Shown here: piece after piece, positions 31,303-39,334 of the stretch | Position numbering within the stretch: position 1 is the stretch's first letter | Layout of the letters: each line of letters begins with the position of its first letter | Assembly: GCA_016927245.1 (NCBI GenBank) | Contig: JAFGNA010000006.1 | Span: forward strand, 17,230-81,229 | Length of the DNA: 64,000 bases | From: Candidatus Woesearchaeota archaeon | GTDB lineage: Archaea; Nanobdellota; Nanobdellia; Woesearchaeales; WJKR01 | Direction: 5' to 3' | The notes under the pieces: generated by a model | Told to the model about the DNA's origin: nothing | What the model saw: the letters and a program-made list of their open reading frames with translations, nothing else | Database searches by the model: none | Program-made: the position numbers and the translations under genes

Positions 31303-31650
31303 AAAAGAGAGAAAAAAATGTTTCTTGTTCTCTGCTGTTCATGCGGCGATGAAGTGGGAGTTGCCTGCTGGGACTGCCGTGAATTGCGTCCTGAGACGGT
31401 AGTTGTTGAATCGATTGCTCAGGGTTCGGGAGAACACGCCATGCTTCTGTAGGATGAGTTGTTGCACACACACCACCAGTATACACAAACGTAAACCGAG
31501 GGGAAGTCATACTTATTTATAAATCTTTCGGTCTTTCAAGAGGGGGCTTTATTTCTTTTCCCTATACACACTTTTTTCTGAACCATTTAAAAAGTTTTCG
31601 GTCATGAACCATAGGTATTATATACTCATCCAGCCCTGAACAGAACCGCC

Positions 31651-32193
31651 ATGGACATCGTCGTCACGGCCATGATCGGCGGGTTCATCCTCCTCATCCT
31701 CGCCACGCTCTGGAACCTCCTCGTGGCGCCGAAGGAGCAGAAGGACCCCGACCGGTTGTTCAAGCACTTCGTGGAGCGGTACGGCTTCACCCCGAGCCAA
31801 GACGCCAAGCTATTCAACGGCTTCTTCGCGAACAAGAGCATGCAATTGCGCGCCGACCCGCCCGGGGCGTTCATCCAAGTGCCCAACCCGCAGGGCATCC
31901 ACCTCCTCTTGGAGAAAGGGTTCAGCACAGTCACCGAAGGATTGGTAGACACCCCTGTGGAAGGCGCGAAAGGGCTCACCATCAAGAGCAACAACCCCTT
32001 GCTCGTAGGCCAGATGCTCGACGAATCATTGCTGGGCAAGCTCAAGGGCGAGGACAAGTACTCGTTTGAGCTCGGAGACGGGCTGCGCCTCCGGTGCGAC
32101 ACGCGCAAGCCGCAAGACCTCGAGGACTTGTTGCGATTAGGGGCCGACCTCGCCGCCGCTCTCGAAAGGGTGAACTACGCGTACTCGCGTTGA
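31651..32193 (+). CDS. Hypothetical membrane-anchored protein.
   Basis: It has an N-terminal TM (VVTAMIGGFILLILATLW). No motif recognised. Confidence 0.4.
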   Translation: MDIVVTAMIGGFILLILATLWNLLVAPKEQKDPDRLFKHFVERYGFTPSQDAKLFNGFFANKSMQLRADPPGAFIQVPNPQGIHLLLEKGFSTVTEGLVDTPVEGAKGLTIKSNNPLLVGQMLDESLLGKLKGEDKYSFELGDGLRLRCDTRKPQDLEDLLRLGADLAAALERVNYAYSR

Positions 32194-32259
32194 GGCCACA
32201 ACCAAAGCTTTAAAAAAGAGCTGGGTTTTCTTGCTATTCTCCTGGAAAGTACCCAGCAT

Positions 32260-32389
32260 AGCGGAGTGGAGCAGTCAGGAGTGCTCGCAGAAATCATTTC
32301 ATTGCGAAATGGTTGCGGAAGGCTCATAAAAGGGTTATCTAACCCTTAGAGGCACCCTGAGGTCAAAGGTTCAAATCCTTTCTCCGCTA
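32260..32389 (+). tRNA. Initiator tRNA-Met (CAU) with two introns. Intron 1 (about 30 nt, 32291-32320) lies inside the anticodon stem and intron 2 (about 25 nt, 32330-32354) lies at or next to 37/38.
   Basis: A1:U72 acceptor AGCGGAG/CTCCGCT with discriminator A is present, as is D-arm GAGC/GCTC. After removing the inserts, the anticodon stem is CAGGG/CCCTG (three G-C pairs, initiator hallmark) and the loop is CUCAUAA. T-arm is AAAGG-TTCAAAT-CCTTT. Intron 1 contains a CATTTC/GAAATG hairpin. Confidence 0.65.
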
Positions 32390-32454
32390 TTTTTTCTTTC
32401 CACTGGTCATCTGCACGCACAGCAACTATATGCTTTCTTGTTCCTCGAGTTGTT

Positions 32455-33072
32455 ATGCAGGTTATTGATGAGAAGCTCGCTGAACTCGTAGGCGTTCTCC
32501 TTGGCGATGGTTCAATCAACACTTCAGTGTCGGGCAATCTATTGTGGACTCGTGTTCAAGTCACTTTTCATTCTGAGCAGAAGGAATACATTGAGTATGT
32601 TCGTTCATTGATGGAAGAGGTGCTGGGTGTGAATCCGATATACAAGAAACGACGCGCTCAGAATTGTGCAGACCTACAGATTTTTCGTTTTGCTGTGTTG
32701 AGGGATCTGCTTTTGATAGGGATGCAATTGTCTCCTAAATGGGATAGGGCGCGAATACCTCTCATGTTCATGAACAAATACTTCGGTAGATTTGTGCTCC
32801 GCGGATACTTCGATACTGACGGAAGTGTCGTGATTGCGAACAATAATGGTACTCGTTATCCTCGACTAGAGATGAAGATAAGCCCTTCTCCTATGCAAGA
32901 ACAGCTATTGATGCTCTTAGACTTGCATGGGTTCCATTATGGAGTCTATGATATTGGGAAAGGGAAAGTGCGTGTGCAGATGAACGGATTCTCTGCCTTG
33001 AAGAGATGGAATGAGGAGATAGGTTTCTCGAACAGCTATTATCAGGAGAGATGTGACTCTTTCTATACATAA
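32455..33072 (+). CDS. Free-standing LAGLIDADG homing endonuclease (double-motif).
   Basis: Two LAGLIDADG motifs are present: LAELVGVLLGDGSI and LRGYFDTDGSV. The gene is about 45% GC versus about 60% for the flanks and starts 65 nt after the two-intron initiator tRNA. Confidence 0.8.
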   Translation: MQVIDEKLAELVGVLLGDGSINTSVSGNLLWTRVQVTFHSEQKEYIEYVRSLMEEVLGVNPIYKKRRAQNCADLQIFRFAVLRDLLLIGMQLSPKWDRARIPLMFMNKYFGRFVLRGYFDTDGSVVIANNNGTRYPRLEMKISPSPMQEQLLMLLDLHGFHYGVYDIGKGKVRVQMNGFSALKRWNEEIGFSNSYYQERCDSFYT

Positions 33073-33073
33073 C

Positions 33074-33427
33074 TCATCTCCCGAACAGCCTGCCCAGGAA
33101 CCCTTTGGGATGGATGGGTTCGGGCTTCGCCCCACTCGGCGTCGCGGCGACGGGCGCTTCTTGGTCGGAGAACCGGACAGTCATGCCCTTGACCAGGTCC
33201 TTCTTCCCGACGCCGACGAGCGAGAACCCGATGTGGTCGCCGACGTGCGCCTCCTGGAGCTGCTCGTGATGCATCTCGATGGTCTTCACCGTGGCGGTCT
33301 TGCCGTTGATGCCGGCCTGCATGCCCGCCGTGAGCGTGCCGTCCTTGACCTCGCCGACGGGGATGACGCCGATGCCGGTGATGTGGTACACATCCATGAT
33401 GAAGATAGTCGCTTCCATACAGCGTGA
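33074..33427 (-). CDS. Stand-alone EF-Tu/EF-1alpha domain-2-like beta-barrel protein.
   Basis: The translation ITGIGVIPVGEVKDGTLTAGMQAGINGKTATVKTIEMHHEQLQEAHVGDHIGFSLVGVGKKDLVKGM closely mirrors EF-1alpha domain II (GIGTVPVGRVETG...KSVEMHHE...PGDNVGFNV...IRRG). The upstream part of the long ORF overlaps dus on the other strand and is rejected. Confidence 0.5.
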   Translation of the reverse strand, partial: SRCMEATIFIMDVYHITGIGVIPVGEVKDGTLTAGMQAGINGKTATVKTIEMHHEQLQEAHVGDHIGFSLVGVGKKDLVKGMTVRFSDQEAPVAATPSGAKPEPIHPKGFLGRLFGR

Positions 33428-33470
33428 CTGAAAGAAAGAGCATATAAAGATTGTCATTTCACTAGGGCAC

Positions 33471-34391
33471 ATGCGAAAGTTTTCCCTCCCCGGAAAGTTC
33501 CTGCTGGCACCCATGGCCGGCATCACCGACGCCGCGTTCAGGGAGCAGTGCCGGTTATACGGTGCTGCCTTGACCGTGACAGAACTGACTTCGGTAGAGG
33601 GCATCGTGCGCAAGGAGCAGGAATTGAAAGACGTCCTGGACGTCCTGCCTGACGAGAAGCCCGCCGTGCAATTGTTCGGGAACGACGTCGAACACATCGT
33701 GAAGGCCGCGAAGGTCGTGGAGCCCTTGGCTTCCGTGATCGATTTCAACATCGGCTGCCCAGCCCCGCACATCACAGCGCAGGAAGCAGGAGCCGCCTTA
33801 TTAATGCGGCCGGAGCGCCTGAAAAAAATCATTTCTTCACTCGTGGAAGCGGTCGACATCCCCGTGACGGCGAAGCTGCGCGCGGGGCCGGACGAGAATC
33901 AGTTGGTGTACGAGGAGGTGGCGTTGTTGTTGCAGGAATGCGGCGTGTCCATGATCACCTTGCATCCCAGGACGGTCAAGCAGGGCTACGCGGGCAGGGC
34001 TGACTGGTCGCGGATAAAAGAGTTAGTGGAGCTGTTGGACATCCCGGTGTGCGGGAACGGCGACGTGGCCACGCCTGAAGATGCCAAGAGGATGCTGGAC
34101 GAGACCGGCTGCCGGTATGTCATGATAGGGCGTGCCGCCGCCGGCAACCCGTACCTGTTCAAGCAGTGCAACGACTACTTGAAGACGGGCGCGTATGAGT
34201 CTTTGACAGATGAGAAGAGGAAGTCGTTGTTTGTCGAGTACGCCCGACGGGCAGACGAACTCAAGATCAAGTTCTCGCGCATCAAGGCAGTGGCGATGCA
34301 GGTCGCGCGTGGCTTCGAAGGGGCGAAGGACCTGCGGTTACGCGTCGGGATCGCGAAGGATGTCGATGAGCTGGTGGTGGTGTTCGACTAG
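33471..34391 (+). CDS. dus: tRNA-dihydrouridine synthase.
   Basis: A TIM-barrel Dus pattern is present: LAPMAGITDAAFR, the catalytic Cys region (NIGCPAP) and a K-R-rich C-terminal tRNA-binding part. Confidence 0.8.
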   Translation: MRKFSLPGKFLLAPMAGITDAAFREQCRLYGAALTVTELTSVEGIVRKEQELKDVLDVLPDEKPAVQLFGNDVEHIVKAAKVVEPLASVIDFNIGCPAPHITAQEAGAALLMRPERLKKIISSLVEAVDIPVTAKLRAGPDENQLVYEEVALLLQECGVSMITLHPRTVKQGYAGRADWSRIKELVELLDIPVCGNGDVATPEDAKRMLDETGCRYVMIGRAAAGNPYLFKQCNDYLKTGAYESLTDEKRKSLFVEYARRADELKIKFSRIKAVAMQVARGFEGAKDLRLRVGIAKDVDELVVVFD

Positions 34392-34453
34392 TTTTCCGGG
34401 TGTCGAGTTCGTAGCTCTTGCTCATGTCGATGATGATGAGCGCTTGCATGGTA

Positions 34454-35431
34454 TCAGTGCTCCAGTATCTCGATGGAATAATCCTTGTTCGCGGTTATCC
34501 TCGCCTTGCCGCCTATCGGGAATGCTGCCATCGGGGTGGTGTGCCCGAAGTCGACGTTGGCGATGATGGGGATGTTGTCCAGTTCTTTCTTCGTCTTCAC
34601 GATGCTGGTGAGGATTTCCTTGGTCATGTTGGATTCGTTTTGGAACCGCCCGGTGACTATGCCCTTGACGCCGCTGAAGTCGTTTTGGTGCAGTACTGAT
34701 TGGAGGTTCCGGTCGAAGTGGTGCGGTTGGGATTCATGGTCATCCTCGAGGAAGAGGATGGTGTCCTTGAGCGAGGGCTTGTACTCCGTCCCTTGGAGGA
34801 GGTTGAACGTGCACAGGTTCGCGCCGACAATCGTCCCTTCAGCGCTCCCTTCATTCAATACCCAGTAGCCCTCGTTCTTGGTGAAGCTCCTGTTCTCCTG
34901 GTCGTTCGCCCAGCGGTCGTCGCTCCACTCTCTTGAAGGGGTGATGCGGTACGATCCTTCTTGCATGAGGCATTCCCTGAACTTCTGCTCCGTGTACACG
35001 ATGCTTTTCTTGTCGCCGAACGTGAACCAGTGCGGTCCGGAATACGTGACCATGCCCGTCTTCGTGTAGATGGCGTTCTGCAGCGCGGTGATGTCCGAGT
35101 ACCCGCAGAGTATCTTCGGGTTCGCCCTGATGAGGTCGTAGTCGAGGTGGCGCAATAGCTGGTTGCTGTTGAAGCCGCCGATGACGGTCAGCACCGCCTT
35201 GACGTTCTTGTCGCTGAACGCGTCGTGCAGGTCTTCCATTCGGTGCTCGATGGTGGTGGAGCCGAACTCATCCATCTCGTCGACGTGCTTGCCGTACGTC
35301 ACGGTGAAGCCCATGCTCTCAAGCTTCTCATGGGCGTCGTCCTTGATGTTCTGTATCCAGGGGAGCATCCTGCTCCTCGCAGGGGTGATGACGCGTATCT
35401 CGTCCCCGACCTTGAGTTTTGGTGGTAGCAT
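34454..35431 (-). CDS. LD-carboxypeptidase (peptidase S66, MccF/LdcA-like).
   Basis: N-terminal LKVGDEIRVITPARS, the serine region (GYSDITAL) and C-terminal His/Glu are present. The start is probably MLPPKLKVGD rather than the extended ORF start. Confidence 0.6.
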   Translation of the reverse strand: MLPPKLKVGDEIRVITPARSRMLPWIQNIKDDAHEKLESMGFTVTYGKHVDEMDEFGSTTIEHRMEDLHDAFSDKNVKAVLTVIGGFNSNQLLRHLDYDLIRANPKILCGYSDITALQNAIYTKTGMVTYSGPHWFTFGDKKSIVYTEQKFRECLMQEGSYRITPSREWSDDRWANDQENRSFTKNEGYWVLNEGSAEGTIVGANLCTFNLLQGTEYKPSLKDTILFLEDDHESQPHHFDRNLQSVLHQNDFSGVKGIVTGRFQNESNMTKEILTSIVKTKKELDNIPIIANVDFGHTTPMAAFPIGGKARITANKDYSIEILEH

Positions 35432-35520
35432 GCTCCTCCTGGAGGGCGCACTCTTATAAATACTCTTCTGATGAAAACCATTATATAATCCGGGTTTCTC
35501 TCTTTTCCCACTGGCCATGT

Positions 35521-36570
35521 GTGCCCGTGGGCTATTTGAACATCTTCTTATTCTTTATTTCAGTGAATGACGAAATAGCTGAATGCGTCGGTTTATGGCT
35601 TGCCGAAGGTGATTCCACGTCTCGCTATGAGCTCACTTTCACGAATAATTCCCCTGCTTTGATTCGTCATTTCTATTCTGGCGTTTCAGGACTGTTCCCT
35701 GGAGAGCGATATCACTTGTACATTTATGGTCTTGGCAATCCTGTCAAACCCCCTATTCCTGGGATCGCCGTTAGGACCTATACGGACAAACGTGCTCGGA
35801 AGCCATATTTTATCATTCGCTTGGCATCAAAGGCGACCATGACTGCTTGGTATGATATTGTCAGTGACTATCTTTCTTCTGATGATATCTCTGTTGTCGC
35901 GTCTATCATCAGAGGGTTCTTTGCCGGTGAAGGTTCGGTAAAGGTTTCTTCCCACAATTCCAGAATATTGCGGATAGCGCAGAAAGAAAGGACCGATTAC
36001 CTTGATAACACGTTTTCTCTGCTCGGTTTGCACTTCCGTTTCTTTGCTGGCAATAGGACCTACGAGTTCTCAGGAAGAGATAACTGGCTAGTATTCGCTG
36101 AACATCGCCTGGCTGACCTTCACCCTTTGAAGAAGGCGTCGTTCTGGAGTGCTTATCATGATTTTAAGCAATGTCATTACCCTAAACTGTATCTTAAGCA
36201 AAGCATCTTTCCACTGCTGTCCGAGCCGAAGAGTGCTCGGCAGCTGGCAAAAGCCTTTTCTCGTTCTTCTGCAAGAATATATGATGTTCTCAGTGAGTTG
36301 AAAGAAGAAGGGTCAGTGAGCAATTATCGAGTCGGAAGCGTGGACTACTGGGTCGCAAGTGATTGTTTGGTCATTTCTGGGAAGAAGAAAGCGTATCTTG
36401 ACTGCTTATCCATACCCCGTGTGGCTTCTTATTGTGCTCGCTTGTTCGATGTCACCCATAAATCTGCTACGAGAAGACTCAGAGAGCTGGAAAAACTGGG
36501 CTTGGCCCAACGTCTGCCTAATAAGCAATGGAAAGCTATAAATACCGAGAAAAAGTTATGTGTCATATGA
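35521..36570 (+). CDS. LAGLIDADG-family endonuclease-like protein fused to two C-terminal winged-helix domains. AT-rich, likely non-ATG start.
   Basis: LAGLIDADG-like motifs VGLWLAEGDST and IIRGFFAGEGSV are present, with wHTH-like segments (SARQLAKAFSRSSARIYDVLSELKEEG; KSATRRLRELEKLGLAQRL). GC content is low relative to the neighbours. The 5' 100 nt of the listed ORF overlap the LD-carboxypeptidase gene, so a GTG/TTG start near 35521 is more plausible. Confidence 0.55.
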   Translation: MPVGYLNIFLFFISVNDEIAECVGLWLAEGDSTSRYELTFTNNSPALIRHFYSGVSGLFPGERYHLYIYGLGNPVKPPIPGIAVRTYTDKRARKPYFIIRLASKATMTAWYDIVSDYLSSDDISVVASIIRGFFAGEGSVKVSSHNSRILRIAQKERTDYLDNTFSLLGLHFRFFAGNRTYEFSGRDNWLVFAEHRLADLHPLKKASFWSAYHDFKQCHYPKLYLKQSIFPLLSEPKSARQLAKAFSRSSARIYDVLSELKEEGSVSNYRVGSVDYWVASDCLVISGKKKAYLDCLSIPRVASYCARLFDVTHKSATRRLRELEKLGLAQRLPNKQWKAINTEKKLCVI

Positions 36571-36572
36571 GC

Positions 36573-37477
36573 ATGTTCATCGCCGGCATCGACGAGGCAG
36601 GCAGAGAATAACACTCGCGTGGTGTCATTCGCCTATAGGCCCCGTTATCGGCCCCATGGTCATGGCCATCGCGGCTATCGAGGAGAAGGATCTCTTTGAA
36701 TTAGAGACGTTCGGCGTCACGGATTCCAAGGCGTTCTCTCCCGTCCAGCGTCGCGAGCTGGCCGAGATGGTGCGTCGCGTGTGCGAGGTCGAAGTGGAAA
36801 TAGCCACGCCCGAGCAAATTGATGAGGCCTTGACGCATCCTTCGCGCAATCTGAACATATTGGAGGCCGAGATGGCCGGCCGCCTCATCGACCGCCTCGT
36901 GGAGCGCCTCGGCGCCCTCAAGATCAAGAAGGTCATCCTTGATTGCCCATCATCGAACGCCAAGGCGTACGTCAAGGACATGCAGCACCGCGTCAAGCGT
37001 GACGTCCTTTTGGAGGCGGAGCACAAGGCGGACCAGAAGTATCGCATCGTCGGCGCCGCGTCCATCCTGGCAAAGGTCATCCGGGACGAGGAGATAGAGG
37101 CCTTGAAGAGGGAGCACGGCGTGGATTTCGGCAGCGGCTATCCCTCCGACGCGAAGACCGCTCGTTTCGTGAGGGAACACCATGCCGATTACGATTTCTT
37201 CCGGAAGACGTGGGAGCCGTACAGAAGGGCGGCTTCTGGCAAGGAGCAGCAATCACTGGGCAGGTTCGGCGTAGATATCTCTTTGCCGCCCGCCGTCAAG
37301 AAGAAGCAGGACAAGTTGTTGGAATTATTGGAGGAAGGATTCGTCCGCGCCGAGGCCAAGGGTGTTGCTGAGGTGTTGCGCTTGCGGCGGGAAGGCGTCA
37401 CCATCACGCTGTACGCGAACGGCAAGGTCTTGGTGCAGGGCAAGGAGAAGGAGGAGTGGGAGCGACGGCTCTCATGA
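36573..37477 (+). CDS. rnhB: Ribonuclease HII, interrupted after the GIDEAGR motif by a 32-nt element (about 36606-36637) that shifts frame. It would be intact if that element were removed at the RNA level.
   Basis: The ATG at 36573 encodes MFIAGIDEAGRE followed by a stop. The downstream body (GPVIGPMVMAIAA...DSKAFSP...ADQKYRIVGAASILAKVIRD...GSGYPSD) is canonical RNase HII in another frame. Deleting the 32 nt restores GIDEAGRGPVIGP exactly. Confidence 0.75.
36606..36637 (+). other. 32-nt intervening element within rnhB. Candidate archaeal mRNA intron (relaxed bulge-helix-bulge) or inactivating insertion.
   Basis: Element gaataacactcgcgtggtgtcattcgcctata. Its removal restores the frame and the conserved GIDEAGRGPVIGP motif. 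It contains an internal hairpin GAATAACAC/GTGTCATTC. Confidence 0.5.
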
Positions 37478-38434
37478 CCGCTCGTTCGTGACCATGGTGA
37501 TGGCCCATGGGAGCAGCTCGACCGTGAGCTTCTCCACGCCGGTCATGATCTCGCCGTCGTACTGGAGCACTTGCGGCTCCTCGAACACCGCTTCCAGTCC
37601 TCGGACGCCTCTCCGGTAGTCGAGGTGCTCGTTCTCGAGGTGTCTCTCCGTGCCTGCGAGCACATAGACCATGTTCGGCCAGAATGATACTCTCGTGGCG
37701 TTGTCGAGCATGAACAGCTCCGCCTCCCCGTCGTCTATCCTGCCTTGGGGGTTGAGGCGCTTCCCGTTGCCGAACTGGTTGCCGATGAGGAAGTCGAGGT
37801 TCGTCGCCTCTACGTTTTCCTTCCTGGTCGCCCGGTAATCGGTCGTGGTGAGCTCAAAACGGCTAGGCCCTCGCTTCGCGTGTCGACGCCGCTGCTGCAG
37901 CGCTATGCGGAGGTAGGGTTTTTGCTTGCCGTTGTACGCCCAAGCGGCGTGATTGACCTCTGCGAAGTAACCAGTACCGATGCTGTTCGCGAAGTAGTGC
38001 TCCTCGCCGTCATTGACCCGGAAGCGCCCGACGTCGACCCGCTTGAGATAGGCGTCGTTGCCGTGCGTGGTCATGATGAACGGCCAGAGGTACTCCTTGG
38101 TGTCCCGCTCGTTCCCACGCTTGATGATGTGCTTGAAGCGGTTGTCGAACCCCAACGCTGCGGCGTGGTCGTTGCCCGTGCCGTGCGGGATGATGCCCAA
38201 CCGGTAGCCATACTGGATTGCCGGCCGCAAGGCCTCGTTCTCGGAGCCGTCGCCGCCGACGATGAGCACGTTCCTCGGCCGCAGGTTCTCGATGTACCGG
38301 TGTATCTCTCCTTGCGCTTCCGTGGGGAAGAGGGATGCCTCGCGCATGTCCTTCTGGCAGATGAGTTTCATCTCCTTGAGCGCGTGGTTAGGGACGCGGG
38401 TACTGTTCACGAAGATGAGCGTTCCGCCTCTCAT
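37472..38434 (-). CDS. Lipid kinase of the diacylglycerol-kinase catalytic-domain (DAGK_cat/YegS-like) family.
   Basis: Motifs LIVGGDGS and IPHGTGNDHAAALG are present. Confidence 0.6.
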   Translation of the reverse strand: MRGGTLIFVNSTRVPNHALKEMKLICQKDMREASLFPTEAQGEIHRYIENLRPRNVLIVGGDGSENEALRPAIQYGYRLGIIPHGTGNDHAAALGFDNRFKHIIKRGNERDTKEYLWPFIMTTHGNDAYLKRVDVGRFRVNDGEEHYFANSIGTGYFAEVNHAAWAYNGKQKPYLRIALQQRRRHAKRGPSRFELTTTDYRATRKENVEATNLDFLIGNQFGNGKRLNPQGRIDDGEAELFMLDNATRVSFWPNMVYVLAGTERHLENEHLDYRRGVRGLEAVFEEPQVLQYDGEIMTGVEKLTVELLPWAITMVTNERS

Positions 38435-38524
38435 CCAAGAGTGTTCTCCCTCGTAGTATTTATGTGTTATGAGAATGCGCCACCGCCCGCTTCTTCACTG
38501 TTCTTCAGGGCGGACGGTGGACTA

Positions 38525-38663
38525 CGCCACCGCCCGGATTCGAACCGGGAATCCCGTGAGGGACCGGCTAACCAGGTATTCTTCCATGGTGAAGAATATC
38601 ACTCAAGGCTTACGCTCACCTTTAAGGGGTGATCGGCGCAATACCAGGTTATGCGACGGTGGC
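38525..38663 (-). tRNA. Intron-containing tRNA (about 65-nt insert) paralogous to 28413-28568. Class-II-like, anticodon unresolved.
   Basis: 5' GCCACCG-UC-GCAUAACCUGGUAUUGCGC matches the other gene at 24 of 26 positions. The 3' part is CCCGG-UUCGAAU-CCGGG-CGGUGGC-G with a perfect acceptor pairing. A CCC-UCAC-GGG variable-arm-like hairpin is present. Confidence 0.5.
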
Positions 38664-38699
38664 AAAGCTTCCATTATAAACGAACACTGCTGCTTATTT

Positions 38700-39206
38700 A
38701 AACTTAACTGGTAGGAAAGATGTTTTCCTCGCTGCTCATATGTCTTGGTTTCCCGCTCAAAAGCCCATACCGTACGAATCAGCTGTTGAAGACCTATGAG
38801 GAGTCGTTCGCTCGCAACATGAAATAAATACATCCTCTCAGGTCGCAATGAACTATCAGTGACGAGAAGGCCGAGGAAGAAGTGCTTCTGCAATTCATGC
38901 GAGCCATCCAATATGAACGAAGGAATGCCTACAGGCAACGCTTTCTTGCCGTTTGCCATCTCCAACTTACTGTTCAGAAGGATAATAGCTGTCGACTGAA
39001 TGCTTGTAGAACTCCCAAGGAGGTTGTTTATGATTCCTCTCACCGCACCTGGTCTTGCCTTTGAAGCCGAAGACCCGGAAGAACAGTTCAGAAAACAGCT
39101 CGACGTACTCCTTTCTCGTATTATAGAACTTGATAGGATGCATCCTGTTCCCATCACCGTTATGATTCACTGATAAACAGTCGTCACCGGCGAACATCCC
39201 CGGCAA
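38700..39206 (-). pseudogene. Decayed LAGLIDADG homing endonuclease-like ORFs (frameshifted) in an AT-rich island upstream of tRNA 38525-38663.
   Basis: One frame has ...FFLGLLVTDSSL... and a typical C-terminal half. An overlapping frame (38967-39206) has ...FAGDDCL...ELFFRVFGFKGK.... GC content is low. Confidence 0.35.
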
Positions 39207-39334
39207 TAATGCAGGTTCCTCGGTCAGGTCTGGCGTGGGCAGATCTTTCCTTTCATAGGGTGTGATTCAGGAATGATAATGCGGTATTAATGCCCTTCGC
39301 GCGCTTGGCCAGAGGTTCTTTCCTCAGAATTCCA

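Noticed and set aside
33471-33859. The upstream 143 aa of minus-strand ORF 33074-33859.
   Set aside because: It overlaps the dus gene (a strong Dus family match) on the opposite strand. Only the EF-Tu domain-II-like part downstream of MEATIFIM is kept.
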